A stretch of 63,918 nt of DNA from Phycisphaerales bacterium (GTDB taxonomy: Bacteria; Planctomycetota; Phycisphaerae; SM23-33): NCBI GenBank assembly GCA_003485185.1, contig DNAS01000072.1, positions 9,843 to 73,760 of the forward strand, given 5' to 3'. A model generated the notes under the pieces. That model ran no database searches and had not been told where the DNA came from. It saw nothing but the letters and a program-made list of their open reading frames with translations. The translations under genes and the position numbers were made by a program. Below, piece after piece: positions 17,650-25,376 of the stretch. Numbering within the stretch: position 1 is the stretch's first letter; every line of letters starts with the position of its first letter.

Positions 17650-18729
17650 TCACCGGAAGACGGGTTTTTTCGTCGGTTTGGGGACGGGGCGCGTGATCGG
17701 GCGCGCGAGCGACTCGCCCGTCAGCGCCGGGCGGAAGGCGAGCAGGTTCAGACCCAGGCGGTCGAGGATCGTCGGCGTGATGTCCGCGCGACCGCCCGCG
17801 CGGTTCACCTTGGCGTCGTTGGTGGCCAGGAACACATACGGCGCGAACCAGTGCGTCTTGGCCCCCGCGTCGAACCCGTGGTCGGACGTGACGTAGATGA
17901 GCGTCTTGTCGGACTGCTTCATCGCGGCGAGCTTCTCCACCAGCCGGCCCAGCTCGCGGTCGCACGCGACAATCGCGTCGTCGTACGGCGCGGAGTTTTC
18001 GCCGGTTCCGTGGCCGCGAATGTCCGGCTCGGCGTAGTGCACGAAGAAGAAAAATGGTTTGTCCTGGTAGCGGTCGAGCATCTGGATCGCCACGGACGTG
18101 ACGTTCTCGCCCTTGCCTAGGTCGTTGACCCACCAGTCCGTGCTTTGACTGGCGAGGCAGTACGGACAGCCGGGCACGGTGGGGACCGTCCGCACGACGT
18201 TCTTTCCGGGCTGGGCGGCGGCTGGAGAGTTGCCGGCCTTGCTGCGGAGCTTCTCCAGTTCCTCCGGCGTCAGCTCGCGAGGCGGATCGGCGTCCAGGTG
18301 CTTTTTCTTGGCGATGACCGCGACGGTGGCGATGCGATCGGCCCCGTACGCCTCCCGCAGGCGCTCCCAGATCGTCATGCCGCGCGGGATGGGCTGGTAC
18401 TTGGCGTTGTGGTAGACGCCCGTGACCGAGGCGGTGTATCCGGTGAGAATCTGCGTCCATCCGCCCTTGGTGTCGGTGTATTCGCCGATGTCGATGTCCA
18501 CGAGCCGGCCGCGCTCCACGAGCTTCTGGAGGTTCGGCAGCCTGCCGTCCTTCAGCAGGCTCTTGACGTGCTCGCGGTCGCAGCCGTCCCATCCGACCAG
18601 CAGCACGTTCATCGGCATCGGCGGCGGGGGCGACTCGGCCTCGTCGTCCGCGGCCTGCACAGCCGGCGGGAGCGGAAGGAGCAATCCCAACAGCACGGCC
18701 GCAACGATCCGGGCGTTCCGTCGAGTCAT
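17650..18729 (-). CDS. Secreted alkaline-phosphatase-superfamily enzyme (nucleotide pyrophosphatase/phosphodiesterase type)
   Basis: Signal peptide ...LPLPPAVQA. LLVGWDGCDREH metal/nucleophile region, FFFFVHYAEPD and VTSDHGF motifs. Confidence 0.75.
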   Translation of the reverse strand: MTRRNARIVAAVLLGLLLPLPPAVQAADDEAESPPPPMPMNVLLVGWDGCDREHVKSLLKDGRLPNLQKLVERGRLVDIDIGEYTDTKGGWTQILTGYTASVTGVYHNAKYQPIPRGMTIWERLREAYGADRIATVAVIAKKKHLDADPPRELTPEELEKLRSKAGNSPAAAQPGKNVVRTVPTVPGCPYCLASQSTDWWVNDLGKGENVTSVAIQMLDRYQDKPFFFFVHYAEPDIRGHGTGENSAPYDDAIVACDRELGRLVEKLAAMKQSDKTLIYVTSDHGFDAGAKTHWFAPYVFLATNDAKVNRAGGRADITPTILDRLGLNLLAFRPALTGESLARPITRPVPKPTKKPVFR

Positions 18730-18831
18730 GAAATGTCTCCCCTTATCGTGTGTGGTGCATTGTCCGCGCGCAAGATCCGTTCGTTGCGTCGGTCATCGCA
18801 TGGGTCCCCAAAACGGAAATGCGTCGGCAGG

Positions 18832-18861
18832 ATTATCCCACGGCCGGGGGGCGGGCTCAAG
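18832..18861 (-). promoter_or_regulatory. Candidate promoter CTTGAG-N18-GATAAT (shares the 13-mer CTTGAGCCCGCCC with 28082-28111)
   Basis: The minus strand reads CTTGAGCCCGCCCCCCGGCCGTGGGATAAT, about 100 nt upstream of the phosphodiesterase ATG. Confidence 0.4.
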
Positions 18862-18895
18862 ACCCGCGCCGCCCTTTCGGCGGGATACGGCTTCC

Positions 18896-18925
18896 GGGTG
18901 GCACAGCTTGCGGGCAAGCTGTGTT
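18896..18925. repeat. Single-hairpin member of the palindromic family (B4)
   Basis: Sequence is GGGTGGCAC-agcttgc-gg-gcaagct-GTGTT, with the hairpin at 18902-18923. Confidence 0.8.
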
Positions 18926-18943
18926 CATAGCCGTTCGGCGGGG

Positions 18944-18980
18944 AAAAAGGACGCGGCGGCCGCTCGCTCGACCGCCGCGT
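18944..18980 (-). terminator. Rho-independent terminator downstream of the dUTPase-like gene
   Basis: 9-bp stem acgcggcgg / ccgccgcgt, followed on the minus strand by CCTTTTTCCCC. Confidence 0.6.
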
Positions 18981-19101
18981 GCCCAGGCGAAGGGCGCCGC
19001 CCCTCACAAAGCTCGTTCCCCCCCCGCCCGATGAAACCCGTCAACCGATCGACCAGTCAACCAACAGATTCATATAAACACATACGTTCCGCGCGGGCCG
19101 C

Positions 19102-19578
19102 TCAGACGACGGCGCGGTTCTCGTCCTCGTGGTCGGCGTGCTCGGCCTGGCTGCGCCCTTCGTCTTGGCGCTTGTGGTTGATGCCGAGTTTCTTCTCGTA
19201 CAGGCGGAAGACGTCGGCGGGCTCCAGGCCCAGGAGCTGGCAGAGGCTGACCCAGAAGAACAGCATGTCCGCGGCCTCGACGCGCGCGTTCTGGAGGTCG
19301 CGCAGCTCGTACTGCCGCCCTTCCTTGGCCTCGCGGTACCAGTGCTTCCAGGACAGGCACTCCTGGAGTTCGTGGCACTCGGCCGCGAGCGCGTCGAGAT
19401 AATTTTTCAGGGCGCGCCCGACGGCGAGCCGCTCGCCGCCGTGCTCGGCCAGCGCGCCGGATTCTTCGGCTGCGCGGAGCGCCCGGCCGAGAGATTGCGT
19501 GTCGAATCCCGCGCGACGATTGAGCTGCGCCTGGAGCGGCCAGAGATCGGCGAGGGATCGGATGGTCAGGTCTTCCAT
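19102..19578 (-). CDS. All-alpha NTP pyrophosphohydrolase, dimeric dUTPase-like (dUTPase_2/MazG-like)
   Basis: ATG 19578. ECHELQECLSWKHWY and VEAADMLFFWVSL acidic motifs typical of dimeric dUTPases. The upstream part of the 247-codon ORF is Arg/Pro-rich and is rejected. Confidence 0.6.
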   Translation of the reverse strand: MEDLTIRSLADLWPLQAQLNRRAGFDTQSLGRALRAAEESGALAEHGGERLAVGRALKNYLDALAAECHELQECLSWKHWYREAKEGRQYELRDLQNARVEAADMLFFWVSLCQLLGLEPADVFRLYEKKLGINHKRQDEGRSQAEHADHEDENRAVV

Positions 19579-19847
19579 GACGTCCTCGATGTCCGGCGCG
19601 AAGGTCCGGCGCCGGGGAACTGAATGAGCGGATTGTATCGGACGAGCGGCGCGGCTGCAATGTTCGGGGGCAAATTGGGGGGGATTTTCCGGCGTGGGAC
19701 GACGATTTTTCGCGGAATCCGTGCGCTTTTCCGGCGCTTTTCTTGCCCTTGCCGCCAGGGTTTTGTAAGCTTTTTTCGGTCGCGAAGGGCATTTTTCGTC
19801 GCGGCCCATGTCCGGCGAATAAGGCGTCAACCATAACGGAGCCACAC

Positions 19848-20675
19848 ATGCTTGCCGCGCTGAGCAGCTATTTTTACCCCTGGCAGATGCCGATCATCGT
19901 GGTGTTCATGGTGGGATGGCTGTTGGCCAGCAGCTATCTGCTGACGCGCGGCCTGCGGAAGCATCTTGACGTAAAGCGTGTGAAATTCGGGCGTTCGGTG
20001 CTGGTGATCCTGTTTTCCGGCGCTGCGGCGGTGATGGCCGGCGGCGTGGTCTATATGCTGTTCCAGGCCATCGGCCAGCGGATGGAAACGTCCCTGCTCG
20101 TTCCCAGCGCCATCCTGGCCGCCGTGATCGCTATCTCCATGGCCTACATGGTGATCTGCGCGATGTCCCCCCTGCCGGTGGGCCGGTCCCTCGTTGTGGC
20201 CAGCCTTCCGATGGGCGCGACGGCGCTGCTGGCGATCCTGGCGGGCGTCGCGTGTTTCGTGCCCGCTTACATCCAGCGCCAAAAGGACTTGCGAGATATG
20301 CGCAGTCGCGAATGCCTCGCGCGGATTTACGAAGCGTCGCGGCTGTATGCCTCGTGGAATCTCAACCGGCCCGCGTCCAATCTGCAAGTCCTCGTGGATG
20401 CAGGCTATATAAAAGAAAAGGATCTTGCCAGTCCCCTGCGCCCCGACGAAGGCGTGGGGTACTTCTATTATCCGCGACGCGTTCCCATGCCGGAAGGCGA
20501 GTCGCCGCAAATGCTTGCGTGCGACCTGCGCCGCAACTACGAAGGCCGCGGGCGCAACGTCATCTTCAACAACGGGGAATTCCGGTGGATGACGGAAGAG
20601 GAGTTCCAGCGGAACCTTACGGTGCGCCAAAACGCCGACTTCGCCGAGGCGCTTCGGGCGCTCGATAAGGACTGA
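19848..20675 (+). CDS. Hypothetical integral membrane protein
   Basis: ATG 19848. About 5 predicted TM helices followed by a soluble C-terminal domain (…RNVIFNNGEFRWMTEEEF…). High GC3. Confidence 0.6.
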   Translation: MLAALSSYFYPWQMPIIVVFMVGWLLASSYLLTRGLRKHLDVKRVKFGRSVLVILFSGAAAVMAGGVVYMLFQAIGQRMETSLLVPSAILAAVIAISMAYMVICAMSPLPVGRSLVVASLPMGATALLAILAGVACFVPAYIQRQKDLRDMRSRECLARIYEASRLYASWNLNRPASNLQVLVDAGYIKEKDLASPLRPDEGVGYFYYPRRVPMPEGESPQMLACDLRRNYEGRGRNVIFNNGEFRWMTEEEFQRNLTVRQNADFAEALRALDKD

Positions 20676-20730
20676 CCATCAGGCCAACTCGCCGGCGAGA
20701 GAAACGTAACCACCTTATTAGAAGAATGAT

Positions 20731-22611
20731 ATGTGCGGTTTTGCCGGAGAGTTTCTCTTTGCCCCCGGCCGGGCGGACCTTGCCCGGGCGGTCCGGATGG
20801 CCGAGACGCTCCGCCATCGCGGCCCGGATGAGGCGGGCAGCTACCTGTCGCCCGATGGGCGCTGCGCGATCGGCTTTCGCCGCCTGTCAGTGATTGATCC
20901 GTCCGGGTCGCACCAGCCGATGGTCTCGCCTGACGGCCGCTACGTCGTCGCGTTCAACGGGGAGATCTACAACTTCCGCCAACTGCGGCGCGAGCTGGCC
21001 GGCGCGGGAGCGCGATTCGTCACGGCCGGCGACACCGAGGTGCTGTTGCACCTTTACGCCCGCCACGGCCTGGAGATGCTGGCGAAGCTCGACGGCATGT
21101 TCGCGCTGGCGCTGCTGGACGTCCAGGCCGGCCGGCTGCTGCTGGCGCGGGACCGGTTCGGGCAGAAGCCCCTGTGGTACGCGGTGCTGGCAGACCGGGT
21201 AGTCTTCGCCTCGCAGGCGAGGGCCCTGCTGGCCCACGGCGACGTGCCGCGCGAACGAGACAACGAATCGATATGCGTCTATATAACGACCGGCTACGTG
21301 CCCGCGCCGCGGTCGCTCTGGAAGGCCGTGCGCAAGCTCCCGCCCGCCTGCTGGGCGCTGCTGGGCGACGGGCCCGCCGAACCGCAACCCTACTGGACCC
21401 CCACGCCCCAGGCCGCGCCGAACTCCCCCCGCGATGCCGTGGAAGCCATCCGCGCAAGTCTGCAGCATGCCGTCGAGAGCCACATGGTCTCCGACGTGCC
21501 CCTCGGGGCGCTGCTCAGCGGCGGGGTCGATTCGTCGATCGTCGTGGCGCTGATGGCGAGGGCGGCCGGTCGCGCCGGCGGCGTGCGGACCTTCACGGCC
21601 GGGTTCGCCGACCGCCTCTACGACGAGCGTCCCGCGGCCGCCGCCGTCGCGAAGCACTGCGGCACGGACCACACGGAGCTGCTCATCGAGCCGCGCCCAG
21701 CCGAGGCGCTCGACGCGATGGCCGGCCTCTATGACGAGCCGCTGGCCGACTCCAGCGCCCTGCCGACCTGGCTGATCTGCCGTGCGGCCCGGCAGCACGT
21801 GACGGTCGCGCTGGCCGGCGACGGCGGCGACGAGGCCTTCGCCGGATACGACCGCTACCGCGCGATGCGCCTGGCCGAGACGATGTCGCCGCCGAAGTAC
21901 TTCGCCGTTCGCGCCGCGGCGCTGCTGCTGCGGCCTTTCGCCAGTCACGAGGAGCGCAGCGGGTTGCGAAGGCTGGTCCGCTTCGCGGACGGGTTGCCTC
22001 AACCATATGCAGAGCAATATCTTACGTATCGTTGCCTTTTCGGGTCGGCCGACCTGCTACGGCTGTTCAGCGATTCGTTCGCTTCCACTTGCGACCTGGA
22101 CGGCCCGGCTCGCTGGTTCTGCCGGCTGTACGAGGAAGCCGACTGCGACGACGAGGTGACCCGCGCCCAGCGGCATGACATGCTGACGTACCTGCCGGAC
22201 GACCTGCTGGTCAAGACGGACATTGCGTCGATGGCCAGCTCGCTGGAGCTGCGGGCGCCGTTCCTCGATCACCGCGTCGCCGCGCTGGGCCTGGGCCTGC
22301 CGATGGAGCTGAAGATTTCCGGCCGGCGCGGCAAGGCGGCGCTGCGGATGGCCTTCGCCGACCTGCTGCCGGCCGGCACGTTCAACCGGCCCAAGCGCGG
22401 CTTCGGCGTGCCCCTGGGCCGCTGGTTGCGGGAGGAACTCCGGCCGGCGATGGAGGAAACATTGTTGGACCGGTCGTTCCTGGAGTGCGGGATCTTCCGG
22501 CCGGAGGCCGTCGTCGGCCTGGTCAATGACCATCTCGCCCGGCGCGGCGACCATCGCCACCGCCTCTGGGCCCTGATGCTCCTGGCCCGCTGGCTCGCGG
22601 CAAACAAGTAA
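20731..22611 (+). CDS. asnB: Asparagine synthase (glutamine-hydrolysing)
   Basis: N-terminal MCGFAG (Ntn Cys2), SGGVDSS PP-loop and a length of 626 aa. Confidence 0.92.
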   Translation: MCGFAGEFLFAPGRADLARAVRMAETLRHRGPDEAGSYLSPDGRCAIGFRRLSVIDPSGSHQPMVSPDGRYVVAFNGEIYNFRQLRRELAGAGARFVTAGDTEVLLHLYARHGLEMLAKLDGMFALALLDVQAGRLLLARDRFGQKPLWYAVLADRVVFASQARALLAHGDVPRERDNESICVYITTGYVPAPRSLWKAVRKLPPACWALLGDGPAEPQPYWTPTPQAAPNSPRDAVEAIRASLQHAVESHMVSDVPLGALLSGGVDSSIVVALMARAAGRAGGVRTFTAGFADRLYDERPAAAAVAKHCGTDHTELLIEPRPAEALDAMAGLYDEPLADSSALPTWLICRAARQHVTVALAGDGGDEAFAGYDRYRAMRLAETMSPPKYFAVRAAALLLRPFASHEERSGLRRLVRFADGLPQPYAEQYLTYRCLFGSADLLRLFSDSFASTCDLDGPARWFCRLYEEADCDDEVTRAQRHDMLTYLPDDLLVKTDIASMASSLELRAPFLDHRVAALGLGLPMELKISGRRGKAALRMAFADLLPAGTFNRPKRGFGVPLGRWLREELRPAMEETLLDRSFLECGIFRPEAVVGLVNDHLARRGDHRHRLWALMLLARWLAANK

Positions 22612-22782
22612 CCTTCCGGCTGTTTTCGGAAAGAGAGCGGGATTCCACGGATTTCCATGATTCATACTGAAAAAGGGCGGTAGCGTCACATCAGGTGCAA
22701 AGCGACGAAAAAGGTATTTCAGCCGTTCCTCTCTGCAATCTCTGCGTCTCAGCGGCCGTCGTTTCTTTCTGTGGCGTCCCAA

Positions 22783-22798
22783 TGTTCCACGTGGAACA
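22783..22798. promoter_or_regulatory. parS site (TGTTCCACGTGGAACA, perfect 16-bp palindrome)
   Basis: Matches the parS consensus TGTTtCACGTGaAACA with a symmetric T>C / A>G change. About 270 bp upstream of parB. Confidence 0.8.
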
Positions 22799-22903
22799 TC
22801 CTGCCGGCGGGGATCGAAATCTTCGCATTTCGTCGAATCCCTCTTGCAGCGCAAACGCGAGTTCTGTAATCTTGCATGCAGGAAACACGTCCAGTGGGCC
22901 GAA

Positions 22904-22919
22904 TGTTCCACGTGGAACG
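22904..22919. promoter_or_regulatory. Second parS site (TGTTCCACGTGGAACg, 15/16)
   Basis: Same core. Its flank ggacgccgcag is the inverted copy of ctgtggcgtcc next to the first site. Confidence 0.75.
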
Positions 22920-23014
22920 GACGCCGCAGACAACCAAGGAACCGGACTTCCGAAACCCTCAACGGCCGCGAAACGCACAAACCCGCGAATTTGCCTGATT
23001 TCTTGGTGTTCTTC

Positions 23015-23033
23015 GTGTCCTTTGTGGTGAATT
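23015..23033. repeat. 19-bp arm gtgtcctttgtggtgaatt (word family E), left flank of parB
   Basis: 18/19 complementary to 24092-24110. Confidence 0.8.
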
Positions 23034-23067
23034 GGTTTTTGGAAGCTATCGGGAAAGGAGGCCCGAA

Positions 23068-24075
23068 ATGGCCAAGCAACCCAAGCACATTCCCCCCAAG
23101 CCGCGCCTCGGAAGAGGCCTGTCCAGCCTGATCAGCAGTTCGGCTGCACTGGCCGCGGACGATCCGCCCGTCGAACTGGCCGAGGCAGAACCAGTTGCCG
23201 CGCCGAAAACGCGGGACTACGCGCCCGCCGTCTCGCCCGCCCAGCCGGCCAGGCCGGCCGGCGAACCGCTGGAAATCCCCACGGGCGAGATCTGCTCCAA
23301 CCCGTACCAGCCGCGACGGGAGTTCCGCGAGGAAGACCTGGCCGACTTGGCCGCGAGCATCGCCCAGCAGGGCATCCTCCAGCCGCTGGTGGTGGCGGCC
23401 AACGACGGCGCCCAGGGCGACGCGGCGTATGTCCTGATCGCAGGCGAGCGGCGGCTTCGCGCGGCTAAGCGGCTGGGCCTGGAACGTGTGCCCTGCGTGG
23501 TCCGCACGGCCACCCAAAGGCAGATGCTCGAGTGGGCCCTGATCGAGAATATCCAGCGGAGCGACCTGAACCCCATCGAGCGAGCAAAGGCGTACCACGA
23601 ATACATGGACCGGTTCCAGTTGACGCAGGCCGAGGCCGGCGAGCGGCTGGGACAGCCCCGCACGACAGTCGCTAACTACCTGCGAATGCTGGAGTTAAGC
23701 GACGACCTCCAGAAGATGCTCGTGGAAGGCCAGCTCAGTTTCGGCCACGCGAAGGTGTTGGCATCCTTGGCGGGCAAGTCTGACGTGCAGCTCGCATTGG
23801 CCCGAAAGGTCGTCCGCAGCGCGCTGTCGGTGCGGCAATTGGAGCAACTGGTCGCGCGGCATCTCCAGCCGGCAGCGGGGCAGCCCGCGCGCAAAGGCCG
23901 CAACAAGCCGCCGTACCTGCTGGACCTGGAAGACCAGCTCACGCAGGCCGTCGGCACGCACGTGTCGATCGTGGCGGGACGCGCGAAGCACAGCGGCAAG
24001 ATCGTCATCGAGTACTACAGCCTGGACGACTTCGACCGCATCGCCGGGCGCCTGGGCCTGCGGACGGAAGGCTGA
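23068..24075 (+). CDS. parB: Chromosome partitioning protein ParB/Spo0J
   Basis: ATG 23068 with AAGGAGG RBS. GERRLRAAKRLGL (ParB box) and IENIQRSDLNPIE HTH region. parS sites upstream. Confidence 0.9.
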   Translation: MAKQPKHIPPKPRLGRGLSSLISSSAALAADDPPVELAEAEPVAAPKTRDYAPAVSPAQPARPAGEPLEIPTGEICSNPYQPRREFREEDLADLAASIAQQGILQPLVVAANDGAQGDAAYVLIAGERRLRAAKRLGLERVPCVVRTATQRQMLEWALIENIQRSDLNPIERAKAYHEYMDRFQLTQAEAGERLGQPRTTVANYLRMLELSDDLQKMLVEGQLSFGHAKVLASLAGKSDVQLALARKVVRSALSVRQLEQLVARHLQPAAGQPARKGRNKPPYLLDLEDQLTQAVGTHVSIVAGRAKHSGKIVIEYYSLDDFDRIAGRLGLRTEG

Positions 24076-24091
24076 GTTTTCCACAGCAAGG

Positions 24092-24110
24092 AATTCACCA
24101 CAGAGGACAC
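24092..24110. repeat. 19-bp arm aattcaccacagaggacac, right flank of parB
   Basis: Reverse complement gtgtcctctgtggtgaatt, against gtgtcctttgtggtgaatt at 23015-23033. Confidence 0.8.
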
Positions 24111-24269
24111 AGGGAAAGCGGGGGGCAAGAAGCGGGGCGTCTAATCTACGAATCCAGATATGTAGATATAATGTCGATGGGACCGAGGACTGAGGAGTGA
24201 GGACTGAGGGGAAGAAGGCAATTGGCAGCAGGCAATAGGCAATCGCGGAGTATGCCCCGGGCTCTTACC

Positions 24270-24297
24270 GAGCCGCGACCGTCAGGGAGCGGTCGCC
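24270..24297 (+). repeat. REP copy A1 (GAGCCGCGACCGTCAGGGAGCGGTCGCC)
   Basis: Hairpin GCGACCG-tcagggag-CGGTCGC. Confidence 0.9.
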
Positions 24298-24444
24298 GAT
24301 ACGTGCAAGGGAAAAGGAACCCGGAACTCGGGAACAGGGAACCGGGGAAGAAGGTCGCAGCGCGAAGTTCGAAGCAGGAAGAACGGGCGCGAACTTCGAA
24401 CTCTGCGATAGGCAATAGGGGGCTCCGCCGTCGCGCCTCTTATA

Positions 24445-24496
24445 GAGCCACGACCGTAAGGGAGTGGTCGGCGGGACCCTAGCAAAGAGAAAATCC
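24445..24496 (+). repeat. REP copy A2 (52-bp unit, diverged core gagccacgaccgtaagggagtggtcgg + tail ...agcaaagagaaaatcc)
   Basis: Aligns with A3 and with inverted A5 over both core and tail. Confidence 0.85.
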
Positions 24497-24546
24497 CCAG
24501 CCCGCGCCGCGATCTATCGACCATCAGGGCGCGTTTCGTTTTCAAT

Positions 24547-24598
24547 GAGCCGCGACCGTCAGGGAGCGGTCGCCAAGACCTTCGCAAAGAGAGAATCC
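24547..24598 (+). repeat. REP copy A3 (52-bp unit)
   Basis: Sequence is gagccgcgaccgtcagggagcggtcgccaagaccttcgcaaagagagaatcc. It is preceded by gtttcgttttcaat, which is mirrored next to A4. Confidence 0.9.
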
Positions 24599-24641
24599 TG
24601 ATTTCGCGCCGTATCCATCCACGAAAACGCTTCTGCTCTCG

Positions 24642-25121
24642 TTATTGATTCCGAACATACTCGCAGGCGGACCAGAGCGACTTGTCATCCCAGAGCGGAC
24701 GCTTGCTTCCGTCTCGTGTCCATGTTCGCGGCAGCGTCATTCCGACCTGTTCTCGCAGGGCACGCGTGGAATAGGCCTTCAAGGCGTTCAGGACTTTTTC
24801 CGGAAGGTTTTCCCCGCACCGGACGACGAGATGGACGTGGTTCGACCGGCAATTGACGGCCAGCAGTTCCCATCCGCGACACCGGCAGACTTCCCGGACG
24901 GCCTGCTCCACAACTCGCCGATGGCGCGACAGCAAACGGACGGGCGGAGCATGCAGGCGCTTGCGGTTTGACGCCGCCAAGGCCGCACAGGGCTCGTTGA
25001 TCGGAGCGCCCGGACAGGAGTTGAGTCGGCTGATCCATCCCCGCCGGTCGCCCTGCAACCACGAGCCGTAGGTCGTCCAGGTCAGGATATCCCAACGGCG
25101 CGGACATGACGGGCTCAGCAT
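24642..25121 (-). CDS. REP-associated tyrosine transposase (RAYT; IS200/IS605-like Y1 HUH transposase)
   Basis: ATG 25121 (159 aa). N-terminal ILTWTTYGSWLQGDRRGWI, HUH motif SNHVHLVV and C-terminal ACEYVRNQ (candidate catalytic Tyr). The longer ORF-track version reads through a REP copy. Confidence 0.8.
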   Translation of the reverse strand: MLSPSCPRRWDILTWTTYGSWLQGDRRGWISRLNSCPGAPINEPCAALAASNRKRLHAPPVRLLSRHRRVVEQAVREVCRCRGWELLAVNCRSNHVHLVVRCGENLPEKVLNALKAYSTRALREQVGMTLPRTWTRDGSKRPLWDDKSLWSACEYVRNQ

Positions 25122-25153
25122 ACGCCGGATGCGGCCAAAGACAAGCCCGGTTT

Positions 25154-25178
25154 GACCGCTCCCTGACGGTCGCGGCTC
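25154..25178 (-). repeat. REP copy A4 (inverted core)
   Basis: Sequence is gaccgctccctgacggtcgcggctc, followed by attgaagacaaaac. Confidence 0.9.
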
Positions 25179-25233
25179 ATTGAAGACAAAACACGTCCTT
25201 GCGGCGCATGAGGATGGCTGCGGCGCTGCATGG

Positions 25234-25285
25234 GGATTCTCTCTTTGCGAGAGTCTCGATGACCGCTCCCTCACGGTCGCGGCTC
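25234..25285 (-). repeat. REP copy A5 (inverted 52-bp unit)
   Basis: Reverse complement is gagccgcgaccgtgagggagcggtcatcgagactctcgcaaagagagaatcc. Confidence 0.9.
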
Positions 25286-25320
25286 CGTAAGAGCCTGGGG
25301 CACACTCCGCGCGATTTCAG

Positions 25321-25347
25321 CTTTCCGTTTTTCGCTTTCCGCTTTTT
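25321..25347. repeat. Word block ctttccgtttttcgctttccgcttttt (family G)
   Basis: Shares ctttccgttttt and gctttccgcttttt with 33084-33119. Confidence 0.75.
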
Positions 25348-25348
25348 A

Positions 25349-25376
25349 CTTCGGCCTTCGCCCTTTGGCCTTTCCC
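25349..25376 (-). repeat. Word block C3, reverse complement GGGAAAGGCCAAAGGGCGAAGGCCGAAG, abutting the trpB2 TAG stop
   Basis: 27/28 identical to 9115-9142. In gene orientation both read TAG-GG(G)AAAGGCCARAGGGCGAAGGCCGAAG. Confidence 0.85.

Larger units (their letters stand above)
24270..25285 (-). mobile_element. REP-RAYT module: Y1 (HUH) transposase gene flanked by five copies of a hairpin REP
   Basis: Three direct REPs lie on one side (24270, 24445, 24547) and two inverted REPs on the other (25154, 25234) of the IS200-like gene at 24642-25121. Confidence 0.8.

Noticed and set aside
24270-24598. Three direct repeats with spacers of about 100-175 bp, considered as a possible mini-CRISPR array
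   Set aside because: The spacing is irregular and the repeats are diverged. Inverted copies of the same repeat lie on the other side of a Y1 transposase gene, and no cas genes are present. This fits REP/BIME elements, not CRISPR.
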